Shown here in pieces: positions 48,430 through 60,366 of a DNA stretch of 64,000 nucleotides. Every line of letters begins with the position of its first letter. Within the stretch, counting starts at the first letter, position 1. The notes under the pieces were generated by a model that did no database searches, had not been told where the DNA came from, and saw only the letters and a program-made list of their open reading frames with translations. The position numbers were made by a program, and so were the translations under genes. This DNA comes from Lepidodermella squamata (taxonomy: Eukaryota; Animalia; Gastrotricha): contig JBLDXI010000046.1 in NCBI GenBank assembly GCA_047495785.1, positions 62,001 through 126,000 of the forward strand, in the 5' to 3' direction.

Positions 48430-50251
48430 GGGTTATGTCCCGTAAGCGCAACCTCATGAGCGTAACCTCGCTTGTGCGTAACTTTTCGTGTGCGCAACCG
48501 ATGTGCGCAACTAGTGGGCGAAACCTGCTGTGTGTAAATAAATAAGTAAAAACACGAGGTAATTCCCATTATAGTTCAACCGCACAAAAGTACATTCACG
48601 GAATTTTTAACTAGCCGTGTATCTGTCTACCCAATTCGCCCAACTCTGCGAACACAAATAAAAAAAATTAATTTACCGTATTTGCTCCTATAGCAGCCCG
48701 TGCTATAAAATTTCACCCTCAAATTTCGAAAATTTCAAAAAATAATTGTTGGTGAATCGCTCATTTTTTATGTGACTTGACTCCTCAATCCTGGGCTACT
48801 ATTAGGGATGGGCGATTATTAGTGGATGGGCTACTCGTTCGTGGCGCGGAAGAACCCGCACTTCGATGATTTTTTGCCCTGACTGTACCCCGCGAGTACA
48901 GCCTTGGATACTATATGCAATACTGCGCGTTATGCTGTACTCGCGGGGTACAGTCAGGGCAAAAAATCATCGAAGTGCGGGTTCTTCCGCGCCACGAACG
49001 TACTATTGGTACAAAGACGGCATTCAAAATTTGAAAAAATTGTATTGCGTTATAAACGGAGCTACAGTTTAGATCACCATCTTAAACCGTTTGACAGCAA
49101 ACATTTATTACTTTAAGTTGACAACATGATCCACCTTAACACAAATAGCACCCCGGCCGCACCTGTGAGGATGAAGAATCACAGCTACTAAGCGGACGCG
49201 GCAAGCCTCTGAAGACTCAAAATGAATCCATCTCGATTTTGAAATGTGGTTTTTAGCTGTAGACGGGCAGCGATAAATTTTTTAAATTACTGCGAGGCCA
49301 CGCTATTAAGACGAAGTCGATGTTCGCGTTAATATTAATGCAATTACTTTTACGACCCACCTTAATAAATATAAACAAGTAATCACGGATGAAGTATCTC
49401 CTGAAAGCGGAAAAGCGACAAGTCCTTTTGGAGTTCAAATCTCAACGGGCTACTATATTAAAGCAAACAAGCCGCTGTGAGTGCAGCGCGCCCTCACGAG
49501 TAGAGTCACCCTCGACATCCTCGTCGCCTCTCTACGACTCCCCATGGTCTTCCCGCAATAAGACACATTGTGGAACCACTAAATAAGAGCTGAACTTTGG
49601 CACGCTGATTGGTCAATTGATCCGGTCTATGACTCCGGGATTTTTTGCGTACTTATGATAATTCAAAATGCGTACTTATAATAACTTAATAAATGATAAA
49701 TTTCAGGACCAAAAGTGATTAAGATGTGAATTTAAAACAAAGCACCTTTTAGCGGAACCAATATTCAAGTTTGGTACTCAACTTAGAATTTGTAATTTTC
49801 GAAATGTTCATAAATTAATTATGTAAAATGTTTTACACGAATGCACGATTACTGAAGGTTTTCCACTTAGCTCCCGTGCTCTCTACTTCGCGGCTGAGTA
49901 AGATCATGGCGGATTAAGTCAAAGGACTTGAACTAGAGGTGACATTTCGTCAGCGGCGTTTCAAAATTAATGGTAGTTTTAATAAACTTTGGCATACAGT
50001 TGTATACAAATTTTTGGCAAAGAAAAAATTGCCGAATTTTTTTTAATAATGTAGGGGTTCATCACCCTAGCATATTGGGTGTATATTTTTCTCCCTGTTT
50101 TTTGGTCAAAATACATTTCCACCGTCATCTGACGATTTTCCAGCTTAATTACAAAAGGTTGCGCACACAGGTTGCGCACAGCAAAAGTTACGCACAGAAA
50201 GTTACGCACGTGCGGTTGCGCTCTTGAGGTTGCGCTTACGGGAATTGACCC
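48430..50251. mobile_element. Non-autonomous TIR transposon (~1.8 kb) with nested insertions
   Basis: GGGT....CCCGTAAGCGCAACCTCA inverted ends with subterminal GCG(C/T)AAC repeats; TTGAAA on both flanks; empty paralogous site at ~51946. Confidence 0.85.
48836..49000. repeat. Perfect 67-bp inverted repeat with 31-nt spacer (foldback MITE)
   Basis: Arms 48836-48902 and 48934-49000; TACT duplicated on both flanks. Confidence 0.9.
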
Positions 50252-51420
50252 TTGAAAGCTGCCTCAGGCCTTAGGTGATTTTTTTCAAATAAATAATTTA
50301 ATCTTAAATTAGAAAATGAAATTTTAATTCAAATATCTGCCTGAAGTTGGTGCTCCACGTTTCTTTTTTTATCAGCGGCCACCCCTTAACTTGATCTGAT
50401 ATACATTGCCAATGAGAATTTTGATGAGCTCACTTGGCAGTTTCATTTTTTTCATGACTCGAGGTCATATCTGTCAATCGAAGATGGGCCGCTGAGGGTG
50501 GGCCGCTAACTTCTAAAAATACCCTGAAAATACAAGTTGGCGGCCCACCTTGCCAATACACTCATCGATTTGCCATGACGTGACCATCACAAATATATTT
50601 TTATTAGGTAATAACGACCTTGCTAACTGGGGTCATTGAAGTTGGAAGGAAACACGTATTTATTGCAGAAAAACAAATGAAATTGTGCGAAGTTTGCACT
50701 GGCTGTCATAATGTTTGCGGCTATTAAAAGAAATGTATAGCTCTTGATTCTCTCTCAACGCGCTCGAATTCGCTTCGGCTCTCATTCGACTAGGCTCTCT
50801 TTACTAAGCTTCGGGTGATGCAGTGGACGAAGCGATTTGCTCTTGCCACCCTTGAATCTCGCATAGAGAACGTAGTGATCACTTCTCTATTTTCCATGTA
50901 ATCTCGCAACTTACCTTCCACAGTAGATTCGAAACTGCTTTGCTTCATCATCCTCATCATTTTTTTCTACCGAAACTTCGAGTGTTCCGTACCAGCATAA
51001 ATGTCAGATAAGTCTGGCGTGACAAGCAATTATGAGTCCAAAATCACCAAAATCCAGATTTACTACATCCCAGGAGTTTCGGTTTTGGGACTGAATGCTA
51101 CTGCGGGGAATGACTGAGGCGGACTGCCGATCGATTGCGACCAAACGCCATATCGAACGAAGAGCTCTATCGTCCGACAAGAGTATCCCCACGTGTTTCT
51201 CCAACCGCTGACGCATATATCAAACTATTAAACAACAGATGCACATAGCAACGACATTCATCTAATCATTCATTTGATGATCATCTATTGATATCGTCGT
51301 CTTGGAGCATGTTATACACTGTTCTTTCACATCCCGTACTGAGAATGTAATGAGAATAAATCTAACGGCTATTCCAAGAAAATTCTTTGATAAAAAAGTT
51401 GACCACACTTGTTAACAATA

Positions 51421-51556
51421 AGTGCGAAGTACAGGGGTGTTGCGACACCCCAGCTCCTTGAATCCAACCAAAAGAAGGCTGAAAAACCACAGGGAGGAAC
51501 CCTTTGGTTTCTTCGGCTAGAAAAAACCTCAGCCCCGGATCCTACTTCGCACACAG
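51421..51556. mobile_element. hAT-type MITE (1372 family), degenerate
   Basis: gtgcgaagtacagggg...ggatcctacttcgcacac. Confidence 0.8.
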
Positions 51557-52474
51557 ACAATAATTATTAAGCATTTTTCAAATAACCATTTCGCCAAAAA
51601 TGCGTTATCCTAATTACAAGATTAACTGAAAAAATCGAAATGAAAGATAACAAAGTTATCCGCGGTTTTCAGAATGAGGTACTTATAGTCTTCGCTAACA
51701 TGAACGCAACTTTATCATGGTTATACAAACTTTCACGAGAATAACTGGCACCTTATAATATATTGCGTATGTAGTATGTAATATCTCCAACTCTTAAAAT
51801 AAAATTAATTTTACCTATAAGCATAATTAAGTGGAGATAAAATTCTTAGCCTAAATACCGTAGATCACTACACCCAATCTGTTGAACAATTCTTGCCAAT
51901 TATTTCGTATTAAAAAATGAAAAGTATGCTGATGGTTTTTTGCTTCTTGATAGCTGCCTTAGGCCTTAGGTGATTTTTTTCAAATAAATAATTTAATCTT
52001 AAATTAGAAAATGAAATTTTAATTTAAATGATTATTAATAAAATAAAAAATAAAAATTAATAAAAAATAAAAATAAAAAAATAAAAAACAAACAGTTAAA
52101 ATTTGTAGTGCGCGAGATTTGATCGCCTTACTGCAACAAGTGCGCGAATTTAAAGATGTGCGCACACTCACTAAAACACGATAGCGAAATGCGACGCAAC
52201 AGCAAAATCCATAGAGATGATAGAGTGCTCACTCGCAGCTAAGAGGGTGGAACGCTATGGGCACCAGGTGGTAGGGGATCAACTCATTGTCCTGGGGGAA
52301 AAACTGAACAGATTACAATTCCATCGATTGCACTTATTGCTCGATTTTTCGCTTCGATTGCTGGGGTCAAAGCTGGGCACCAGGTCATTTAAACTTTGAA
52401 AAACGGCGGATTTTTTGGTACCAAATTTGGTCCAGAAATCTTTTCAGAACTGGTTGAAAGGTGGCCGAGAAGTA

Positions 52475-53022
52475 CCGTATTTACTCGGGTACTTTTTCGA
52501 AATTTTAGCGTTTTTTGCAAAAAATCAATAAAAGCCCGGGCTTTAATTCAGGCCCCGGGCTTATACAGAAGTACTTTTTATTTTAAGCAGAGATAGAGAA
52601 ATCTGGCTCTGTAATGAACATAATTCACGAATTATTCAATTATTATATATTTATACCCATCATCCTTTGTTGAACTATCTCCGAAGTGATACCAAAGTCT
52701 CGAAATCGAGGAAGATACCCAAGCCAAGCTATAATAGACTAGAGTCTCTAGAGCTGGAGTATGCCAAGCAGAGCTCGTCTCAGAGAGTCTAGGTGATCGG
52801 GATTGGCTCCAGCTCTAACCGACATCATTTCCTCATCAATTTCCAACAAAATTTAAGCAAAATTTATAATTAAAGTATATTGAACGATGTAATTCGATGC
52901 ATTGATTCTATAAGATCCCTCCAGTTGTTAATATAGAATTTTGTACCTGAATTAAGGCCCACCCCGGAATATAAGCCCATGGGCGTGTATTTGGGACCGG
53001 GCCTTTATTCGGGTAAATACGG
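52475..53022. mobile_element. Tc2/pogo-like MITE
   Basis: TA|CCGTATTTAC.CG ... CGGGTAAATACGG|TA. Confidence 0.75.
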
Positions 53023-53199
53023 TAAAATTGAGAAAATCGCATTTCTCTTTCCAGGTACTTAACACCTGAAAACAAGGTGAAATTGAAGGATGTTTTAAAG
53101 CCATTTTGTTCGCCAGGTCGAGACGATCATTTGATTTAGATCTGGGGACGCCATAGCTCAGCCATCCCCAAAAGGCAGCCGACCTAGAAATTCCACTGA

Positions 53200-53750
53200 T
53201 ATACCATCCGTTAGCGAGATTAAGGCGGCTATCCTGGCCATGAAGAACTGGAAAGCTTCCGGATGCGACGCATTTACGGAACGAGCACCAAGCGATTGGC
53301 TGACCGGACTGATCGTGAAGATCCCAAAAAGGGGGATCTCGCCAACTGCGACAACTGGTGAGGCATCACCCTCCTTTCAATTCCCAGCAAGGTGTTTTGT
53401 CGGGTCATCTTGTGCCGCAAAGGGACCAGATTGATAAGCTGTTGCGAGAAGAGCAGGCTGGTTTTCGCTGGTTTTCGTGGTGTCAGGCAGGGCCGCATCC
53501 TTTCACCGATTCTATTCTGCGTTGCGATTGATTTCGTGATGCGTACTGTCACTGAGCGGCAAAATGATGGGATTAGGAGGATGTTGTTCAAAGCAGCTTC
53601 ACGACCTTGACTTCGCCGACGATTTAGCTCTGCTGGCGACCTGCGTCGAACATCTGCAGGCTAAGACGACGAGGCTAGGCGAAATAGCGGACACGATCGG
53701 ACTTCGCCGAGGCTAAGGTCAAGCGCATCGTCACCAGCGATAAGAGCGAC
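53200..53750 (+). mobile_element. Degenerate RTE-type LINE RT relic
   Basis: LIVKIPK, GITLLSIPSKVF, GVRQGRILSP.LF, DLDFADDLALL in broken frames with internal deletions. Confidence 0.8.
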
Positions 53751-54319
53751 AAGAGATCTCTTTGTGGAGCTTAACCACGCCGATGGTAACACGTGAATGT
53801 ATGGGGAGCAGCACCTCAGATCGAAGCCGCTATAGCTAGTATACTTGATTCACCCATCACTTTACTAACTTAGTTGCTTTCAATAAAGCCTTTTCCTTCA
53901 TCTTAGCCCATAATTAAATGGGTCAACTAATGTGTCATGATATATTCTTGGAATGGTCAAGTCTTGGCACACATTTTCAGATAGTGTCATGGTGGTTCGC
54001 TGACACTTGGTTCGCCAACTTCAATATTCGGCCCTATACGGAAGTTGGCGAACCAGGGTCAGCGGACCATGTCAAATTGATTTTTTGGCATCTACAATAT
54101 TGTTTAAAAGATGTGCCACGGTCGGCACTACGTCAAAGTGAGTTGGCATGGTGGAAAAAATAATTTTAAAGATGGTTCGCTAAGGTTTGAAAATATTGGA
54201 CCGCCAACTTCAGACACGTTCCATAGCGCATTTGAAAAAGAATTGGAAATTAATTAAAACGCTGTCGCGTGATTGCAATCAATTAAATTTGATCTTTTAT
54301 AGCTTTATTTTTCCGATCA

Positions 54320-54706
54320 TCAAAAATTATTCCAAGATTTTTCAGTTGAAAGTTTCGATTTTTGGATCATTTTCGCCACATCTTCATAAGTTGGAGGCGG
54401 TTGAGACAAATCATTTGGATGTAAAATCGGAGCAGTTCTTTGCCGATCATCCGCAACTAAGGGTGACGAGTCAGCAGTTTGATAAGCTGGCGGAATTGAT
54501 ACAAAAATCGAACTAGGCCGTTGATTCATAAGACCGCTATTGTTTTGGATCCGAGTATTGGCCTGATCACAGCTTTCGATCATAAGATTAGCCAACATGT
54601 CAAGCCTGCGTCGTTCCGATCGCCGAGCAAGTTCGAATGAACACCAGCGTAAAATAAGGCCAATTGACGTGAAAGCTAAGAACCAGGTGTAGGCAGTTAA
54701 TGTCAT
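54320..54706 (-). CDS. Small single-pass PPxY protein, copy 2 (128 aa), inverted duplicate of copy 1
   Basis: ~54220-55085 is the reverse complement of ~43620-44480; TM, PPAY and PPPTY retained. Confidence 0.75.
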   Translation of the reverse strand: MTLTAYTWFLAFTSIGLILRWCSFELARRSERRRLDMLANLMIESCDQANTRIQNNSGLMNQRPSSIFVSIPPAYQTADSSPLVADDRQRTAPILHPNDLSQPPPTYEDVAKMIQKSKLSTEKSWNNF

Positions 54707-56018
54707 TTCAACGTTCAAAATTTGACAAATAAAATGGTGTAGCACGTAGCATGGTTACATTGCGCTTGTTTATACGCACGAGTCTATTCAACAGGAAATG
54801 ACACTAGGCGAACTTATTATCACTCTTAGTCATATCACGGGTAATGTGTAAAGAAAAATCACGCAACACGTACGGTATACGACTATAAAACGGCATTGAG
54901 CCGTGGTTACTCGTTACACGTCACGTATAAACTTCTCTTTCGTGACTCATTGATGACAAAATATCTCGAAAGTTGCCGTTTCTATATCCGTTGTCCGTCA
55001 CGCCTTGAGTAATTTTGCCGTGATTATTGCCGTAGGCATGCCGTTACGACTTTTTTGGGCGAAGGGGCTGTATTTTCTTCTCCTCTGCGTCTTTATTTTT
55101 TTCATTGTCTTACTTTTTTGCTAAAAGAATTTTCTAACCGATGTATAAGAGCAACGCAAGCTCTGTTTTCTAAGATTGAGATATCAAGTTAGGGCTCATA
55201 ATTGGATCCGATCGATGGATCGATTAATTCGGATCGAAGCTTAATTAATGCGAAAAAATTCCGAATATTACTTTAAGGAGCTCAAGTCAAGTAGCAAAAA
55301 TCGATCAGGTGTAGAACTTGTGAAGAAGGGTTCAAATCTCACAGCCTGTAAAAGTTTTCATTTTTTCGCTGAAGTTTTTTCTTGAATATGAAGTATGTCC
55401 TAACTAACAAAAACCCGAACAGAATGTAAAGTTACAGAATGTAATTTTTTGCCTCGAATTTTTCAGAGACGTCGCTATGGAAATTTAGAAAAATTAGAAA
55501 AAAATTAGGATGGATCAATCTGTTGAACAATTCTTGCCAATTATTTCGTATTAAAAAATGAAAAGTATGTTGATGGTTTTTTGCTTCTTGATATAGCTGC
55601 CTTAGGTAATTTTTTTTCAAATAAATGATTTGATCTTAAATTAGAAAATAAAATTTTAATTTAAATAATTAGTAATAAATAAAAATAAAATATAAAAAGT
55701 TAAAATTTGTGATGCGTGAGATTTTATCGCCTTACTGCAACAAGTGCGCGAATTTAAAGATGTGCGCACACTCACTAAAAAGCGAGCGCGAAATGCGACG
55801 CAACAGCAAAATCACTGAAAATAGAATTTTTCGGCTTGTCTTGTTGAAAACCTGATTTGGTTCAAGTTCAGCATTAGTCTCCCCGCCAGTAGACGGGTTG
55901 GCTAATCATCATAGGTTCGCCTGGTATCATTTCCTGTTGAATAATTTGACTCGTGCGTAAACAAGCGCAATGTAACTTGTGCCACACCATTTTTTTCTGT
56001 CAAATTTTGAACGTTAAA

Positions 56019-56408
56019 ATGACATCAATTAGCTACAACTGGATATCAGCTTCAGTGCCTTTCACGCTGTTACTAGCAGCTCTTGGCCTCATTTTACGCT
56101 GGTGTTTATTCGAAGCTGTTCGGCGATCAGAACAACGCAGGCTTGACATGCTGGCTAGTCTTATCATCGAAAGCTCTGAGCTGGCTAACATTCGGATCGA
56201 AAACAATCGCAGCCAGCGGCCTAGGTCGATTATTGTCTCAATCCCGCCAGCTGATTCATTACCCTTAACTGCTGATGGCCAGCAAAGCGTAGCTCATCCA
56301 AATCCGATTCTACATCAAGAAACAATTGATTTGTCTCAACCACCTCCAACTTACGAAGAAGTGGCGAAAATGATCGAAAAATCGAACTTTTCAACTGAAA
56401 AATCTTAG
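56019..56408 (+). CDS. Small single-pass PPxY protein, copy 3 (129 aa)
   Basis: Same layout with in-frame indels; PPPTY kept, PPAY changed to PPAD. Confidence 0.72.
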   Translation: MTSISYNWISASVPFTLLLAALGLILRWCLFEAVRRSEQRRLDMLASLIIESSELANIRIENNRSQRPRSIIVSIPPADSLPLTADGQQSVAHPNPILHQETIDLSQPPPTYEEVAKMIEKSNFSTEKS

Positions 56409-56581
56409 ATTATTTTTGATGATCGGAAAAATAAAGCTATAGAAAAATTGATTGGTCGAAATCACGCAACACCATTATAATTAATTTTTCAAATGCGTTT
56501 TAGAAATTTAGAAAAAATTGGAGAAAATTAGGATGGATCAATCTGTTGAACAATTCTGGCTAATTATTTCAGATTAAAAAA

Positions 56582-57156
56582 ATGAAAAATATGCTGGTAA
56601 TTTTTTGCTTCCTGATGGCTGCCCTAGGTATTTTTTTGAATATTAAATAAATATTTTGGAAAATTCGTTAAATTCAGAAAATTTATTATTTAATTTTTCA
56701 AATTTTTGTCAATTTTTTTAATTAATTTTTTCAATTTTAATTTTAATTTTTTTGACAGGAATTGGTCGTGTTGGAGCTGGACGGGATCACCAGGGTGTTC
56801 AGGGCATTCAGGGTGGCCTGAATGACGACTTCGAGTACGAACCTTACGCTAAGGTTCGGCTTCACAAGCGTTTTCGAAGTTCTGAAAGCAGCGAAGAAAG
56901 ACCACGTCGTCGTAGACAACCCGTTCGCATCGATGCGAATAACGTGAATGACAACGTCAATTTCGCCCAGGGCCAATTGCAGTCGAACCCGTGCCCTTGC
57001 GTTCTTGGCGCGGCTTGCCCGCCCTGCACGACTATGCCACCGGCTACGACGGCGGCTCAAATTCGATTTTTCCCGCAGGGTCTTTTCAACCCTAACGGCT
57101 TGCTGCAGCCTGGTGGTAACAGGCCTAATTTCTGGATTGATCGCTGGCAAAATTAA
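56582..57156 (+). CDS. Secreted prepropeptide (~147 aa); exons 56582-56627, 56759-57156
   Basis: Spliced signal MKNMLVIFCFLMAALGIGRVGA; KR and RPRRRR basic sites; CPC-x5-CPPC; AATAAA at ~57205. Confidence 0.7.
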
Positions 57157-58911
57157 CAATACAGAGCATGCGTGAATTTTTGGACAAATCTAATTATTTA
57201 TTCGAATAAAACAGCATTTATAAATCGAACGTTTTAGTTTTTCCTTATCTTCACGAAATTTAGTTTTATTAGCTTTTCAGATGTTGACATTAAAACGCAT
57301 TTGTTCTTCTCATAAGTTTTCCTTTGTTTGATAAATTCAGGAATTTTTCCAAATTTTCAATTCTCCGAAAAATTTGCCAGTAAAATTCGTCGTGATAAGT
57401 GATTCGGACCCTTTCGAATAAAATCTTCGAAAAATCCAATAAATGAGCTGCCTATTTTTTGGAATTTCTTGTCAGCTGATTATTCGTAATGTTCTTGATA
57501 AATCCGACCAAATTATAGCTAGGCCGAATTTTAAAATAGACATTTAATGTGCTGATCAGCCCTCCGATTTTTTCTGGACTCGAAAGTGTCAGCCACTGGA
57601 AGAAAATTCCAGAAAGGTGTACGAAAATTGAAAAATGTGAGCTTTGGGCAATTCGCCTCTGAAAATACGAAAATGAGCATATTGTGAAAAGAAAAGCAAT
57701 TTTAGGTCTTCTTCCAACTTCTTTCCGGACAGTTTTCAGATCATTTCAAATTGGCTGTAATGAGATTTATTGGCTTTAGGGATTAGGGATTAGGAAATAT
57801 ATATTTGCGAACAAATCGAGCAATCGCTTTGGTTAAAAAGCACGAAAACTGCGAATTTATTACTCAAAAAATGCCCAAACCTGGCCGAAGGTCTTGAAAG
57901 TGTACGCCGATAATTTGTCGAGAGAATTTAATATTTTTGTCGAGTGGCGAAAAATCGGAAGCCAGGGGCTGATGAGGGTCCAAGACACTATACTAATGCG
58001 CCAAGGTTAGGTATCTGGAAATAACTGATCAATTTACAAAATGATCAAAATTTGCAGGTATGACCCAGCTCAATTTTTGAAATATGTGAAAAAACTGATC
58101 GGATATTTTCAATGATATAAATAACCATCATGAATTCTTTCGTTTCTCTTTCTTATTTTTCCAGATTTCTATCAAATATCAACTTGTTTGCAATTTTTAA
58201 ATTCCCTAATGCAGCGTGTCCCTGAAGTTGCGCAACTATTTTTTTAATTTGGCAACTTTTTGTAAGAAATTTAATTAATTTCTATAAATAAGCCTACCGA
58301 GAGAATATTTCATCTATTATCCGCGATTTAATCGAATAAATAAAAAATTTACCGGAGAAAACCCGGAAAACCCTGATGGTAACTGGTTCGGTAATTTTCG
58401 GTATTTTACCCTGTTGGACCAAATTTCTCCGGACATTTTTAATCACTTTTTAAACAAGTGACATACCTAAATTTTATCTCTGTGATTTTTTGAATTTGTC
58501 GAAAAAATGTTCTGGCCATGAGATGTGACTCCGTCTCTCATGTTAGAGTTTCTGAATCCTTTTCCGAGTAATTTCTTTGCTTGCGTTAATTATGGGACAC
58601 GCTGTAGATCCGAAAATCGCGAGAAATCAAGAAAAATGGTGACCTCAAAATATCCAGGAAAATTTAGGAAAGGAAACATGGTCTACCTTTACTTAGGAAC
58701 TTTTGAGAAGCGTTTCCTTTTGTTAACGGTATCCTAATTTTCTCAAAATTCGCCCTAACAAATTAGCATCTCGCATTCATGAAGATTAAAAAAAGACGAT
58801 TATAGCCAAGATAAACGTATCATCCACCTGATAAGACTGAATTACAAGCTAGAAGCGAGATATGAAGTCAACACCCATCACTACTTCAAAATTTACTGAA
58901 CTACTTGTGAG

Positions 58912-59705
58912 ATGTACCAGTCCGGTATCGTAATTCTAGCGTTATTAGCCTATTTTTCAGGTAAAATACGACCGAAACCTGTTAACAAATTGATATTATT
59001 CGGGCAATTAACAGCCTTTTTAATGACACTTTGAATTAATTTCTAGTTTCTCAAGCCGATGATGATTCCTTGGTTGGCTTCTGGCCACTTACCAGCCAGA
59101 CCTATGTGAATGAAATCAGCCGCTGGTTAACTCCCTCGGCAATCTATTCCCCAGCCTTGGATCCTGGGGCTGGACCTTTCGGGCAAAATAACACGGCCTA
59201 CACGGTAGATAGACCCACTAGCCGCATAGCCGCGTACAACAACATCGCGCTACCAAGCCCCAATTTCACGCTTTCATTCTTCATGAAATCGACCGATGAC
59301 AAGGAATTCACGATCGCCAGCTTTTACGAAAACTCAACGTCCTACCTGCGAGTGGTTTACTACCAGTCGAATTTAATGGGCTTCGAGGTTACGTCGGGCG
59401 ATACTAGATTCCCGCTTCTGCTGAACGATTCCCAATGGAACTTCCTTTCATTCGTCTACTCGGGGTCTACAGGCTTTGTCGAGGTTCATGGTGAAGATGG
59501 TTCGCCGTTTCCGTTAGCGAAAGCTCCCTTGCAGGTTCCTGCCTTGAATCCATCCTATACGACGTTCTCATTCGGCGGTGATGCCTCAAGTCAATCTGAC
59601 ATGTCAAACCTGGATTCGCTTGCCTGTATTACGCTTCATTCGAAGGCTTTAGCTAATAGCGACATTGCTCAGTTGACGAGCAAGTGTAAAGCTGTCCAGC
59701 CTTGA
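58912..59705 (+). CDS. Secreted LamG/concanavalin-A-like single-domain protein, copy 1; exons 58912-58960, 59047-59705
   Basis: Signal exon plus phase-1 intron; LVGFWPL, GPFG, FTLSFFMK, WNFLSFVY, CITLHSKAL...I. Confidence 0.75.
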
Positions 59706-60244
59706 AACTGAAAAATTTCTAAGAAATTTCTAAATAATCAATAAAAAAGCCGGGTTGGCAAAGTGGTCATTGATCCAATTATGATAAGTTGTCTATTTTA
59801 GCTTGTCTATTTCGGAAATTTTCCTTACCTTCGGAGGAAGCAAATTTTCCTTGCTTTGGGGTTTCTAGCCTGGACCTCTCGAGCGGGGGCAGGAGAGGGA
59901 GGGTGGGGGGTGGGCTACGATACCCCCTGCACCCCCTCTACTTCGAACTCTGATCAGAGAAGATTCAGAGGCAAGGCCATCCAAAAATAAGACATCTCTT
60001 GCTCTTGCTAATTAGGTATGCCTTATAACACCGTGATTAAAGGTACAGACTTCGAACAACAAAAGAGTCTATGGTTTGTAAATTTCCGAAGTCCTTTTAT
60101 GCTGTTTTGATTAGCTTGCCGTATTTGTCCAAATATTCATCAAAGTTCATAAGTTTCGGGTTCAGCTTTTTCGTAGCTTCAAAATCACGGCTCGCATTGA
60201 GTTCTCATGAATAAACGCAAAGAAATCATGAATAAACTGGTACT

Positions 60245-60366
60245 TGGAAAGATCAGCCGCGCCTGGAAACGGCAATTTCCGGAAAACTTCTGTACGTACA
60301 GGCTGGTACGTAACTTCCTCGCCTAAGATCTCGCCAATCTTTCGAGCTTGTTCGCTAACTGTCAGC
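60245..60366 (-). pseudogene. Orphan exon fragment resembling the NmrA-like (NMRAL1) C-terminus
   Basis: LTVSEQARKIGEILGEEVTYQPVRTEVFRKLPFPGAADL resembles the L.FPGA.DL motif; truncated by the adjacent repeat element. Confidence 0.5.

Noticed and set aside
56743-57159. Minus-strand 138-aa basic ORF
   Set aside because: Antisense to the prepropeptide exon, which has a splice acceptor, signal exon and polyA signal
57776-57794. ttagggattagggattagg telomere-like run
   Set aside because: Under three units of a 7-mer, internal; too short to call
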